From positions 102,674,001-102,738,000 of the forward strand of contig NW_024704742.1 of assembly GCF_018977255.1 (NCBI RefSeq): DNA of 64,000 nucleotides, in the 5' to 3' direction. This DNA comes from Callorhinchus milii. Lineage: Eukaryota. Positions within the stretch are counted from its first letter, which is position 1; every line of letters starts with the position of its first letter. Position numbers and translations under genes: made by a program. Below, one piece after another: positions 36,740-50,409 of the stretch. The notes under the pieces were generated by a model. The model saw only the letters and a list, made by a program, of their open reading frames with translations. It made no database searches and had not been told where the DNA came from.

Positions 36740-39553
36740 ATGTGCTAGTGAGGAAAGATAGAGGGTAACTAGGCAGACCACTGTGTGGCTAAGGCATTGG
36801 TGTAGGGAGTCAGGCATTTGTTTCCTCAAAGAATGGGGCACCTGTTAGAATAGGGGTCATCTATATAGAATGGATGGGCTCCATGTAAACAAAAGGGGAG
36901 TTTAGGTCTTGGCAGGCTGGATAGATAGTTTGGTTAGGGAGTGTTTAAACTAGGGGTGGTTGAGGTAGATTTAAGAGAGCACCCAAACTGATTAGGGAAA
37001 ATCTTTAGGCATACCAGTGTCTCCAAAGTTTGATGAAAAAGAAACAAAAAATAAAGTAAATGGGAAAGGCAAAAAACAACAGAGCTGTAGTTGCATTAAT
37101 ACAAGAAGTCTGACAAACTAGATGCGTGATCTGGAAGGTCTTGTAGGGGCTGATAAATTGGACATCATTAGCATCACAGAGACATGGTGGAATTAATCCA
37201 AACAATGGGATATGCATCTGGAAGGTTATAAACTGTTTAGGAAGGACCGTATCAGAAGAAGAGGAGGTGGTGTAGCACTATGTATAAGCTCCATTATTGA
37301 GACACAAGTGAGAGAGGATATAAAAAAGGAAAGGGCAGACACAAACACACATTGGGTAGAATTATAAGATGGTAACAGAGATAAGCTATTACTTGGGGGT
37401 CTGCTACAGACCCCAAGTCAGGGTGAAAGCCTCAATCTGGAACTGCGGGATGAGATAAGGAAGGACACTAGTAAGGGACCAACCATAGTAGTTGGAGATT
37501 TTAACTTACCCAAAATTGATTGGGATAATAATGCGTCTATTGGTAAGATAGGGAAGGGGTTTCTAGAGTTAAAGGAAGACTGTTTTGTGACTCAGTTTGT
37601 AAAAGAGCCAACAAGGGGAGATAACATCTTGGATTTGATAATGAGTGGGGACGACCAAATCTCCACATAAAGGTGAGAGAAGCATTAAGCAACAGCGATC
37701 ACCTTGCAGTCACATTTGACATCACAAGAATTGTGAGGTTATAAAAACCCAAACAAAACCACCAAATTTCAAGAGAATTGCCTTTGTGCGCTTGAGAAGT
37801 CTAGTCGGAGTGGGCCTGGCAGACTTAAATATGACAATGGGAGTGGAGGACCTATGGAGTTCCTTCAAGGATGTGATTATGAAGGCAATGGAACAATGTA
37901 TACCCATGCGAAGCAAAGGTACCAAGCTTAAAGGGACTCGTGCCTGGTTGGACGGGGCTACAAAGCAAATCATAAAGAGAAAAAGAAAAGGCATTTGAGG
38001 CCATGAAGGAAAGTCGCACAGAATTAAGTCGGATTCAATACCAGAAGACTTGCCAGGACTACAAAAAAGGCATCAGAATGGCAAACATAAGTTTTGAAAT
38101 GAAACTGGCAAGAGATGTGAAGGAAATCAAGAAAAAGTTTTTTAGTTACATTAAGAGATGTTATTATTATATATATTAAGAGTAAAAGAAAAACAAGCAA
38201 TGGAATAGGGCCACTGAATATGGGTTTGTGAAAGAATGTGATAAATAATGCTGCACAGGCTGCAATAGTGCTAAATAAGTTTTTTGAATCAGTCTTTACC
38301 ACGGAGGAACCAGATAACCTATCTGATCTAGAAAGAGAACTCAAGGATGTCACAGAGAAAAGTTGCGACACTATTCATATCACTACCAGCATGGATGCCA
38401 AACAGCTGTGTAAACTAAAGGTAAATAAATCTCAGGCGGGATAAATTGCATCCCAGGATCAGTGGTGGTATATTGCAATGATACACAATTGGTTGACCAG
38501 AACAACCCGGAGGATGGTGGTACAGGGAATGTCATCAGACTGGGAAAATGTTACCAGTGGAGTTTCACAAAGGTCTGTTTCGGGACGTCTATGGTTTAAT
38601 ATTTTATAAACGATCTGGAACTAGGAGTCGCAAGCACAGTGGCTACATTTGCAGATGACACCAAGATAATGCAGGTGGTAGATTGCGAAGCTGAATAAGA
38701 TAGGTTACAAGAGGATTTGAACTTATTTGGAAATTGGGCAGATCTGTGGCAGATGAAATTCAACGTGGAGAAATGTAAACTACTGAACATGCGGGCAAAA
38801 AATCCTGAAAGGGACTATAATTTGAACGGAAGGAAAATAATATGTATGGAAAATGAAAAGGACCTGGAGGTCGTGATTGACAAAAATTGAAGCTTTCCCT
38901 ACAATGCTCTGTGGCAGTGAGTATAGAAAACCGGATGTTGGGATGTATCAAAAGATCAATAGCAAGCCGGGGTAATCCTACCACTGTATAAATCATTGGT
39001 GAGACCATATTTGGAATACTGTGTACATTTCTGGTCGCCACTGTAGAAAAAACATATTGGAGAAATCGAGAAGATACAGAGGAGGGCAACCAAAATGATT
39101 GAGGGAATGGAAAGACTGGAGTATGAGGAGCGACTATGTAAATTGGGCATGTTTACGCTGGAAAAGAGAAGATTGAGAGGCAACATGATTGCTGTCTTTA
39201 CGATTCTAGAGCGGCAAGACAATATAGATCATGACAGGCTGTTTCAACTTGTCCAGAATAGTGAAACCAGAGGACACGGCCTGCGATTGAAGGAGGTAAA
39301 TTCAAAACGAATCTACGCAAACATTAATTCAGTGAGTGAAAGTGAACCTGTGGAACAGTCTCCCTAGGGAGACGGTTGAAGCAGGAAGTGTTGATTCTTT
39401 CAAACACAGATTAGATAGTTTTATTTTAGGAAATAACATGATGGGATATAGTACATAGGTGGTTTGAGACGTATGTGCATGCGAGCACCAGGAAGGTGGA
39501 AGGTGAACTAGATGGACCTTGGTCCTTTTTGGTCCAGCATTTCTTATGTTCTT
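36740..39553 (+). mobile_element. CR1 LINE, second family (ORF1 end and ORF2 with an internal deletion)
   Basis: DGLHVN ORF1 remnant, ITETW/LFRKDR endonuclease, FADDTK, RPYLEYCVHFW, EKRRLRG; TTCTTATGTTCTT tail. Confidence 0.88.
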
Positions 39554-40980
39554 TTGAGTGTGGTAGTGACCGGCAAGAGGCCAAGGCCGAGGTAGTGACC
39601 AGCGAGGGGCACAGGGCTCGGTATTTCCAGACGAGGAGTTTTCCAGGCGCCAAGCTGCCATTTTTAAAAATCTCCCACCTGGACCAACAGCCCAAACTGC
39701 CTGCATGCCATCACCTCCGTGCACCGTTCTTCAAACCCTCCAGGCTAAGTATTGTTTGTCTTTTATATTTACATCTTCCCTGTCCTCCTCCTTTACCCCA
39801 GTCCACCGCTCCCTCTCTGGCTTTGGTCCAACAAAGCCATGAGCACCATCTTCTGTCTCCCCTCTGCATTATCCTCTCTAGCCACCCGCAGCTGCCATGC
39901 CTATGGGCTGCTGATTCACCTCTTCCCTGTCCTTCTCCTTTACCCCGTCCACCACTCGTCTGCTCACGTCTACATGTATTCAGTAGAATTCACAAGTAAA
40001 GTTGGCCAGACAAATATTGTGGAAGAGGTAGAGGAAGAACCAGCCGACCGACTCGTATACAAAATGCAGATTTATTTTAAAAACATCAGTCAGTGCAGTT
40101 CAGTCTGAGAATATCACTAGGTGGCAGTATAACACCCTGGATCAAGAATGCAGTAGCACGAGGTGGTGCTCAAGATTTATTTAAACACGAGCACCAATGT
40201 TCCCAATCCAGGATTTGTTTCTGCTGAGAATGCAAAAGTAACAACTTCAATGTTTATAAAAGAAAGTCTATTTTTAAAAAGAATCATGTGAATTTTGAAC
40301 GTCTTCAGCATGTGTAGTTTGAAAAGAACTAACAATGATGATTTAAAGGCAAAGTTCATATTTTATGTAATTCCTCTTTAAGATTGGTTCATTTTTAGCC
40401 ATTACCCAAATTGCAACAAAATTGTAGTAACTATTAGATCAATGTCATTTCAGCTGAGCTCTCCAGGATGCTACCCCACGTGAAGGGCTCCCTATAAATG
40501 CAAGTTGTTGTTGTAGCTCACTGACTGAATTCAAAATTTTGTAATGGTTTTATTGGCAGCTTCAAGCTGTAGCTTGTTAGAACCCTTGTCTTTGCACTGT
40601 CTTTGCACTGGCAATTGTCTGACAGGGATTCTCAGTCCCAACATAGGAGGTTCAGAGCACATTTATTCCAAAAAGATCAAAATGAATCCAGATTGGAAAC
40701 CGCTTAGTAGAGAAACTGAAGCATCAGGGTCGGTCAGATGGAAATGATAGCAATAACATGGCTGTGACTTGATTACTGAGGACATTGTGTTCTCTTCAAA
40801 ATTTCATTCACTCCTAGCCAGTAAGACCAATTTCTCTTAAAATTTAAGATAGTGTAGAAATATCAAAATTCTTACAATTTGGAAGCTGATTCTTTTAAAG
40901 AACCAAGGAAAAACAGCTTCAATTTTAAGACTAAATATAAGAAATTTCCATAATTCTGTGCATGAAACCAACATCCTATG

Positions 40981-41603
40981 ATGATAATAATCCTTGCATT
41001 TGTTATAGCAAGTTTCCTTACTCCACACAGAGCCTAATAATAATCCCTCCAAAACCAAAAACAATAATAAATTGGTCATTTTCAATCTACGACTGTTTGT
41101 GGGACATTGCTGTGCGCAATTGGCTGCCGCGTTCGCCCACAAATATACAGTCAATTCACTTTACAGTGTGTTCTGTGAAGCGCTTTGGGACGTCCTCCCG
41201 ACGTGAAAAGCGCTATATCAAATGCAAGGATTATTATTATTATTATTATTATTATTATAGCGTTTTATCACGTCATTGAGACGTCTCAAAGCACTTCGCA
41301 GGATATTGACTGTGTATTTTGTGGGTGAAATGAGGCAGCCAATTGCGCACAGCAGTGTCCCATAGTCGTGGATTGAGTGACCAAATTATTATTATTTTAC
41401 TTTCTTTTTTTTGAAGGAATTATTACCCCAGGAAAAACTATTCGCCAATCGAGTAGCAACCGGGTTCCTACTTACTGCTAGGAAAACAGAGGCGTGTATT
41501 TGGTGTAAGGAAACTTGCGTAAGGTTTTGCCCCGCCTAGGAATCAAACCTGGGCCCTCTCGTTTGCGAGGTGAGCGCTCTAACCACTAAACTACAGCACT
41601 CCA
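40981..41603 (-). mobile_element. tRNA-derived SINE, interrupted
   Basis: Tail at 40981-41009; body and head at 41255-41603. Confidence 0.8.
41009..41257 (+). mobile_element. Young SINE subfamily copy, 5'-truncated, inserted in an older SINE
   Basis: (TTA)n tail; TSD TTATAGC at 41003-41009 and 41255-41261. Confidence 0.85.
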
Positions 41604-42454
41604 CAATATCCCTGACTACCTCTCCTGGTCCCCTAACAGCGCCCTCCCCACTTTGGCTGTTGAAACAGTGGTGTAGGTTAAATGTCTTGTCACTGTTGAT
41701 GGACTGAGTGTCTGTTCAGGTGTACATTAAAAATTACATGACATTATTCAAAAGGAAATGGGCTGAGTTTATCCTAATGTGTAACCAGCAATTCTTCAGG
41801 TCATTCAACTCATGGCTGTTTGTGGGACTGTGCAAATAAATTCTTCAAACGCGACCTGAAAATGGGGAAGGAGAGAACAAGGTAGAGGGATTGAGAGAGA
41901 GTGCTGTATAATTCTACGATTCTTGAGTGAGTTTCGGGGCATAGTGGCTGCAAGTGCGGCTGCTGATGGTGGAGCGGAGGGGATGAAGGAAAGCAGGAGG
42001 CTGGAAACAGATTGAATGTCCAGCCTGACACTCCAGCACAGTGTTGAGGGCAGCATTGCTTTGCTGGAGGCACCCCTGTCTGTGTCTGCTCAGGTTGATG
42101 TCAGTTTCCTTTGAAGAACAGCAGAAAAATACACTGTGGCTGTTCGTGGGATGTTGCTTTGTGCAAATTGGCCGCCACATTCACCTCCAAAATAAACAGT
42201 CACTGCACTTTACAGTGAAGACCAGAAAGAAAGTGAACGGGGGTAAGGAGCATCCTTCTCCCAGCTGTGTTCCCACATGCCCAGTGCTTGGCCTGTAACA
42301 CAACATTGTCCCCTCCTGGCACACAACAGAATCACAAGTTATTCTGCAATCTTCAGTCTGAATAGAAGTGAATTGTAGCTGCCATGTTCAGGGTGGTGAG
42401 GCAGACCTGAAACTCTCTCTTTCAGTTTTCTGCTTCACTCAGACTCCACACATG

Positions 42455-42661
42455 TAGTCCTGTAGTGGTTAGAGCATCACCTCACAAGTGAAAGGACCCG
42501 GACTTGATTAGATTCCGAGGCAGAGCGAAACCTTAGGCAAGTTTCCTTACTCTACACACCTCTGTTTACTTAGCAGTAAGTAGTTGTCAGTTGATTGGTG
42601 GATTGCTTTCCATAGGTAATAATCCCTTCAAAAAAAAATAATAATTTGGTCACTCAATCCA
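42455..42661 (+). mobile_element. SINE 5' half
   Basis: tRNA-like head followed by CCTTAGGCAAGTTTCCTTACTC. Confidence 0.7.
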
Positions 42662-42679
42662 CTTAGCATTTAATATGAG

Positions 42680-44103
42680 GATAGAGGGAGCTTCAGTGGA
42701 TGCAGGAAGGAAGTGATGGACAGTGGAAAACAGCGTCTTTGGATTGTTGTTTGCCTCCAGGATGACTTTGGAGTAAAAGTCAATTTTGGCCTGTGAAAGA
42801 GAGAGGCGGTAGGTGCGGAGGTGCTCAAGCCACAGCTGGCGGTGAATTGTGAGGCCAGATTTCTGCCATCTGTGCTCGATTGTCCGGGTTTGTGTTTTGA
42901 GTGAGCAGAGATGACTGTTGTACCAGTGAGAGTGGGTGGGTTTGGAAACAACCCTAGATTTCAGGGGAGCCAGGCAATTAAAGCTTGTGAAGAGATGGTC
43001 ATTCAACAGCTTCATGGCTGCACCAGGATCGCTGCAGGTGGAGGGTCAGAGGGAGATGAGGTCTGAAGAAGAGAAGGCGTTTGTGAGGGACTCAGGGGGA
43101 AACTTTTTCCAGGGGAGGAAAAAAATGGTGCTGTGCTTGGAAAAGAATGCGGGAGGAGAGGGAGATGAGGAAGTGGTCCGAAATGGCCTTGTCCATGATA
43201 GATGGATCAGAAATGTTAAGGCCATGTGTGATGACGAGGTCGAGGAAGTGGACACGGTTGTGTGTTGGCAAATTGATGTGGAGGGTGAGGTTTAGGGAGG
43301 AGAGGAGGGCAGTGAAGTCCGAGGAAGTGGTGCAAGGGGAGTTTAGGTAGAGGTTGAAATTACCCATCATGAGCAGGTGTTCAGTGCAGAGGAATAGGGA
43401 TGAGAGGAGAGAGGAGATATTAGTGAGGAAGGAGCCAGGAGGTTTGTGGGGGGTGGTAAACTAGAAGGATTTTGAGGGAGAAAGAAAAGCGATGGTAGAG
43501 GGAGAGAGAGGAGGGATGGTAGAGGGTAAGGTATTAAAGGAGGAGAAACAGCCAGAGGAATAGGAGGATAGACCAAGGGAAGCTTGGGAGATGAGGGCCT
43601 CCCCACCGCCACGTTAGTTGGGCGGGGGGTGTAATGAAAGGTATAGACAGCAGGGGAGGCTTCAACAAGGGGGACAGGGTCACCAGGGGAGAACCAGGTT
43701 TCTGTTAGCCCAAGAAAATCAATGTGCTCATCCAGGATGAGGTCATGGATAGTAAGGGCTTTATTGGAGAGGGAGTGGACATTTTGGAGGGAAATGCAGA
43801 TAGGTTTGCTGGTGGTGGGGGGAATGGAGGGGAGTGGTATAGAGAGGATTTGGGGTTGTGGGGGAGCAATGACCGTGGAGTTTCAGGAGGGGGGGAGAGT
43901 TGGAGAGGATATGGATGAGGGAGGGAAAGGGATGTTTGTCTTTCGGAGGCGGACGGTGTGGAGAGAGTGAGTGATGGGACAGTTGGGGTGGCTGCTCTGG
44001 GACAATGCCGGGAGTCACAATGGGCCTGGCGGAGGATGCCCAGGCTGGAGCAGAAGGAGGTAATGGTGGGGTCCAGGAGAGAGAGAAGACGAGGAGGGCA
44101 GTT
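42680..44103 (-). mobile_element. L2 ORF2 N-terminal (AP endonuclease) fragment
   Basis: LGLTETW, MGNFNL, LPTHNRVHFLDLVIT, ISDHFLIS motifs. Confidence 0.85.
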
Positions 44104-45510
44104 AGAATCATAGAATCATAGTATCATACAGCACAGAAAGAGGCCATTCGGCCCATTGCGTCTGCGCCAGCTCCTAAAAGAGCAATCCAACTCAATCCCA
44201 CTGGCCCACTTTCCTAACCTCCCCTCTGCTTCTTTTAACAACTAATTTAAATTGGTGTCCTCGGGTTACTGACCCACATACAGGTGGATACTGTTTTTCC
44301 CGCTTCAACCTATCAAATTCTCTCATGATCTTGAAAATCTCTATTAAATCCCCTCTTAATCTTCTCTGCTTTAGGGGGAATAATCCTAGTTTCGCTAACC
44401 TCTCCTCATAACTAAGGTCCTTCATTCCTGGTACCATCCTGGTAAACTTCCTTTGCACCCTCTCCAATACCCTAACATCTTTCCTAAAGTGCGATGCCCA
44501 GAACTGAACGCAGTACTCCAACTGAGGCCTAACCAGCATTGTATAAATATTCAATATAACCTCCTGACTTTTGAATTCTATGCCCCTATTTATAAAGCCT
44601 AGTATCCCGTATGCTTTTTTAACAGCTTTATCAACCTGTCCTGCCACCTTCGGAGACTTGCTTATGTGGACCCTCAGGTCTCTCTGTTCATTTTTGCCCC
44701 CTTTAAGATTGTACCATGTAGCTTACACTGCCTCTCCTCATTCTTCCTTCGAAATTGCAACACTTCGCATTTCTCCACATTAAATCTCATCTGCCACGTT
44801 TCTGCCCATTTTACCAATCTGTCTAAGTTCTCTTGGAGTCTGATGCTCCCTGGAAGGAGGTGTGTAGTGGTCCCAATACCAACCACTACACACCTCCCTC
44901 CAGTCAGAAAAGCAACTGTTTACTACCACTCTCTGCTTTCCGTCTCCGAGCCAGTTCTGGATCCATGTTGCCACAGTCCCTTTAATACCATGGACTTCTA
45001 TTTTGTTTATAAGTCTCTTTGTCAAATGCCTTTTGAAAATCTAGATAAACTACGTCTACTGCTGTACCTTCATCCACTCTCTCAGTCACTTCATCAAAAA
45101 ATTCTGTAAGGTTTGTCAGACACGATCTGCCTTTAGCAAATCTTTTCTAAGTGAGAATTTATATTGTCCCGGATTATCATCTCCAGAAGTTTCCCGACTA
45201 CTGATGTTAGGCTGATTGGCCTGTAGTTCTCAGATTTATCCTTCTGCCCCTTTTTGTACAGGGGAGTAACATTTGCAACCTTCCAGTCCTCTGGCACCAC
45301 TCCAGTGACCAAAGAGGATTGAAAGATTGTGGCCAGAGCCTCCACTATTTCCACCCTTGCTTCCCTCAGTAACATAGGATGCATCCCTTCCAGACCAGGT
45401 GACTTATCTATGTTGAGCACAGACAGCCTTTTTAGTATCTCCTCTCTGTTGATTTTTATCATATCCAATTTCTGTTCACACACCTGCGATATTGCAGCAT
45501 TGGTTGCATC
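44104..45510 (-). mobile_element. CR1 LINE fragment inserted in the L2
   Basis: GVVPEDWKVANVTPLYKKG..NYRPISLTSVVGK, VRPQLEYCVQFW, RRLRGDLIE; (ATTCTATG)n tail at 44104-44128. Confidence 0.92.
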
Positions 45511-46210
45511 GTTGAGAGAGGACAGAGTGGGAGTCGTGGATATTAGGGTTTAGGAGCAGGAACATTTTCAGGGGGAGCGGGTCGGGGCGGCAGCCAACAC
45601 TGTTAACTAATAAATAAATGTAGCTATTTTTAATTTGTTACAGATGTTTCAGGGTCCAAGGCAGATAAATACCAAGAGCAGTCATTTGATCTATGTGGGA
45701 GTATTTTAAGCCTGTAAAAGTATTCGTTTTAAAAGACTTTTCCTGTCACCCGAGAAAATGACAGTGTATTTTCCAGGCTCTTTTAAAGTCTTTTTTCAAG
45801 CTATGCAAGGCTGTAATTCAGACCATTAGGAGCCATATTGATATAAGCGCTCTGAGATGCCACCTGGCGTGGAGGGTGCTATAGAAATGCAAGTTGTTGT
45901 TGTTGTTGTTAATGTTGCCAATAAAAGGTAGACTCCAAAGAAAAAACTCAAACAGCAGAAGCAGCATTGAAAACCTACTTTTTTACATTGGCTGGATGTG
46001 TTTTCAAAGCTATAAAACACTCCTGTAATTTTCATCATATCAAACTAATTTTCCCACTCGGACTTATGATATCAACCAAGCCCATGAGTTTTTTTACATC
46101 ATATGAAATACTTCCAACCATCTGTTAATAGATAATTGTTAATTTGTGAGATTATTTAAATTTATCCAGCAAAGATAGTTCTTTGAATAAAGTATTGTGG
46201 TCCCATACAA

Positions 46211-46589
46211 GTGGAATCCCCCAGCTCAGTGGTGAGAGTACTCGCAACGAGAGACCTGGGTTTGATTCCCAGCAGGGCAAAATTTTGGGCAAGTTTCCTT
46301 ACTCCACATGCCTCTGTTTCCCTATCAGTAAGTAGGATACCAGTTGTTAGTCATTTGGCGGATCGCTTTTCTGGGGGTAATAATTCCTTAAAAAAAATAG
46401 TAATAATAAATTGGTCAATTCAATCCAGGACTGTTTGTGGGACACTGCTATGCACAATTGGCTGCCACGTTTCGCCCACAAAATATACACAATATAGTCA
46501 ATTCACTTTACAGTATATTCTGTGAAGTGCTTTGAGATGTCTCAAAGACGTGATAAGACTCTATATCAAATGCAAGGATTATTATTATT
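46211..46589 (+). mobile_element. tRNA-derived SINE, full length
   Basis: A-box AGCTCAGTGG and B-box GGTTTGATTCC, CORE-like segment, Deu-like segment, L2-type tail and (TTA)n. Confidence 0.88.
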
Positions 46590-47214
46590 CTTCCAGTTTA
46601 TAATGTTCAGCATGAGACATCAAGAAACACTCTTCTTTTGACTTCTAGCATCTGATAGAAAACATGTGCATATTCCGAAAGCTACAAAGAGTCTTCAAAG
46701 ACTTCATTTTGTCTGGTTGTTTTACAATTTGGAAATAAATTATCTAACCAGCAGGAACAGGAAACATCTGAGGCAATTACTTGAAGCTTATTATTTTGTC
46801 TTTAGTGAATGCTATTCTATCTTTTACTATGCAATCCAGACCAAAAGCCTTCAGCAATCCAGAGTTTTAACCACCACCTGCCAATGACAACAAACATCAG
46901 ATACTTTTGAGAGGATAAAATCTAATTCCTGAGAAGTCGTTTTACTATTACTTGACTTTTATTAAAAACTGGCAAGAATTGAATGACCTTCCATAAATTT
47001 TTTGGCCTTGATTGACTGTTTAGATGTCCAACCAATTAATCTGCTTTCCTGATTATATTGTAAGATGACAATATACAGGAACTATGAATTAAGAACAAGT
47101 GCTGTGGCCAATGTAAGAGGTTAACAATGCTATGGTTCATACTTCTATACAATTTTTGAGGTGCATATTGTTTAGACACAGTGAATGATGAGACAGTTAA
47201 CACACCAGGTCTCT

Positions 47215-49085
47215 TTCAACTTCCACCTTGCTTCTGTACATTACCTGCCTCCATTCGTAATTCACAACTGATGCAGCTGAAACCCTCGTCCACCCCTTTG
47301 TCACTTCCCAGCTGGATTATTCTAATGCCATCCGCGCTGATCTCCCCAGCTGATCTCCAATTAATTCAAAGCTCCACTGCCTGGATACTCACCCACACAC
47401 AACAACTTGCATTTATATAGTGCCCTCCACGCTGGGCAGACTCTCAGAGTGCTTAACAGTGGTGGAGCCTGACTCCTAGCCGGGGGAAAGGGGAGGTGCC
47501 TGTAAGAATGGTTGAACAGAAAGTTTTCAGGTGGGACTTGAAAGAGGGGAGAGAGGGGGCAAGGCGGAGGGATTGAGGGAGAGTGTTCCAGAGTTTTGGG
47601 GCGTACGTTGGAATAATCCAAGCGGGAGTTGACAAATGCATGCACGAGGGTTGTGGCTGCATTTGGGATAAGGTACGGTCGGAGGTGGACAATGTGATGG
47701 AGGTGGAAGAAGGCGGTCCTGGTCAGGAACTGGATGTGGGGGAGGAAGGACTGCTGGGATTCAACTGGATGCTTAGGTTGGCACTGGTTTGGTGAGCCTG
47801 AGGGAGAGCCCAGGGAGGTTGAGGAGTTTAGATTCGCAGGAGTGAAGACGTTGAAGGGAGCCAAGGAGTACGGCTTCCGTCTTGTCCATATTCAGCTGCA
47901 GGAAGTTTATACACATCCAGGCCATGATGTCTGCCAGACAAGTTGATAGATCATTGGTGGACCTGGAGTTGGTACTGGAGGAGGCAAAGTAGATTTGTGT
48001 GTCATCCGCATTTGGAAGTTTGGAAGAAATGGAGGCGGTTGGTTAAGTAGGACTCGAACCATGCAATTCCAGTCCCACTAAGGTAGATGAGGGAGGAGAG
48101 TCGATGGAGGAGGATGGCTTAGTCGACTGTGTCGAATCCGGAAGACAGATCCAGGAGGATGAGGAGGCAGAGGGAGCCCTTGTCACAAATAGAGAGAATG
48201 TCGTCTGTGAACTTTGACATGCGCTGTCTCTGTGCTGTGGGAGAAAACCAGACTGCAGTGGCTCAAGGAGGGAATGGAGGGAGAAGGACCGAAGTTGACC
48301 TGCAACAATGCGCTCCAGGACTTTGGCAAGGAAGTATAGGTTGGAAATGGGATGGTAGTGTGAGAGATTAGAATGATCAAGGATGTTTATTTTGAGGAGG
48401 GGTGTGATGACAGGGGTTTTCAGGGGGAGTGGAACAGAGCCTGAGGAGGGAGACTGGTTGACCATGTCGTCCAGCAGTGGGGAGAGAAGGGGAAATTGAG
48501 TGACCAGCAGCTGGGTGGGGAGGGGGTCAAGGTAGCAGGTGGTGAGCTTCATCTGGCTGATTGTGGTTGAGAGGGAGGAGGGAGAAACGGGGGCAAAGGA
48601 GTGTAAGGAGGGGGGAGTGGCAGGAGCCGTGGCGGAGGGAGATAGCGGTGTGGACGGTCTAGGTGGGGTGGAAGGGGACATGGGGGGGTGCAGGATGATG
48701 CAGCCAAGCGGATGTTTTCAATTTTTGAGGCAAAGAAGTCTAGGATCTCTTCGCATTTAGCATTTGAAGTGAGAATAGAGGGGGCTTGAGGGGCTGACGT
48801 AGGAGGTGATGAACGGTGGAAAACAGCGTCTTTTGAATTGTTGTTTTTCTCCAGGATGAAAGTCAGTTTTGGCCTGTGAAAGGGAAAGGCGATAGGTGCG
48901 GAAGTGTTCGAGTCACAGCTGGCTGTGAATCACCGAACAGATCGACTTCAAGACTTTAAGATCCTCACTTGTTTTCAAATCACTTCTTCCCTCACGCCTC
49001 TAGCCTATCCGACCTGCTTACCCCCCACTCCACCACCCGCTGCCTCCGCTCGGCTGGCTTTGATCTCCTAATTGTCCCTTGTGTC
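47215..49085 (-). mobile_element. Cluster of decayed L2 fragments, mostly on the minus strand
   Basis: LVHAFVNSRLDYSN, TCYLDPLPTQLL, LEPLQSGF motifs. Confidence 0.85.
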
Positions 49086-49351
49086 TAGCAAATATTTAAC
49101 TTTCTTAAGTGCAAACTTAACCATCTCACTTTGAGTTTATAAATTCAGGACACTTGTAGATACTAGGAACAGCGGGGTCTATAAACAGACCTCTGAGGGA
49201 TTTTTCTTAGGACCTCTTTCCATCCTGATCCAGCCTCCTTTAGAACTACCTTCTGCTTCTTCCCTTTAGCCATTGACTGAACTATTGCCTAAATCATACC
49301 CTTCATACCAACTTAAATTGATTTATAAATTAATCTTTTAATTTTTAATTT

Positions 49352-50250
49352 CGATTCCAGGACTACTGACATCCTGACAGACTGCCTGTCCTGGATGAGA
49401 GCCAACTTTCTACAACTGAATGTCAGCAAGACTGAAACCTTACTGATTGGCTCATGCCAGCGCCTCCGCATCTCAGGCACTCGCAGCAACAGCATCCACG
49501 GATACGCACTCCACCTCACCAAGCCAGTCAGGAACCTGGGCGTCTTGTTCAAACCTTACCTGTCTCTTCTCCCCCATATCCATGACATGAGCCGCTCTTC
49601 CTTCCCCCACCTCCGCAACATTGCCCCACTCTGCACTGGCTTAACCTTCAGGTCGCCAAAATCCTCATACATGCATTTGTCACCTTGAGGCTCGACTACG
49701 GAAACTCCCTCCACAACTTTTCCCTCCACAAGCTGCAGATCATCCAGAGCTCTGCAACTCATGTTCTCTCCTGCACCAGACTCCATGACTCCATCACCCC
49801 CACCCGGCTCCACTGGCTCTCCATCCCTCAGAGGATAGAATTCAAAATCCTCGTCTTCACTTTCAAGGCACTCCACAGCCTTGCCCCCTCCTCTATCTAT
49901 GACCCACTGATGACCTATCAACCTGTCCACTCCCTCCGCTCAGCAGGTTCCGGTCTGCTCCATGTCTCCCACCCGACCAGCGCTACCATCGGCACCAGGG
50001 CTTTCAGCCTCTCTGCGCCCACCCCTTAGAACTCCATCCCACAATCCCTTCGACTTGCTCCCTCCTTGCCTCCTTTAAGGCACAACTCAAGACCCTCTTT
50101 TTCGACCATGCTTTAGGCAACCCTCCTACCCTCTCTGCCCTCCCTCATCCCAACCTGCCCCCCATGCTCGGGTCCTGATCCTCGATTGTTCAGTTCCTTG
50201 GGACATCCTCCAGCGTGAAAGGCGCTTTACAAGTATAATTTTGTTGTTGT
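49352..50250 (+). mobile_element. L2 3' fragment
   Basis: [40 protein letters not shown] tail. Confidence 0.9.
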
Positions 50251-50409
50251 TTTATGTGGTACCTAGTCAAAGATGTTTAAAAAGGCCAGATATGTCATAT
50301 GCAACACACAATTTGGAATTACAGCTCCTCAAAACAGTAAAATGCAATACATATAGTCATATAATGTCTTTCACAGTGGGTGGATATCTCAAAGCACTTA
50401 TAAACAATA

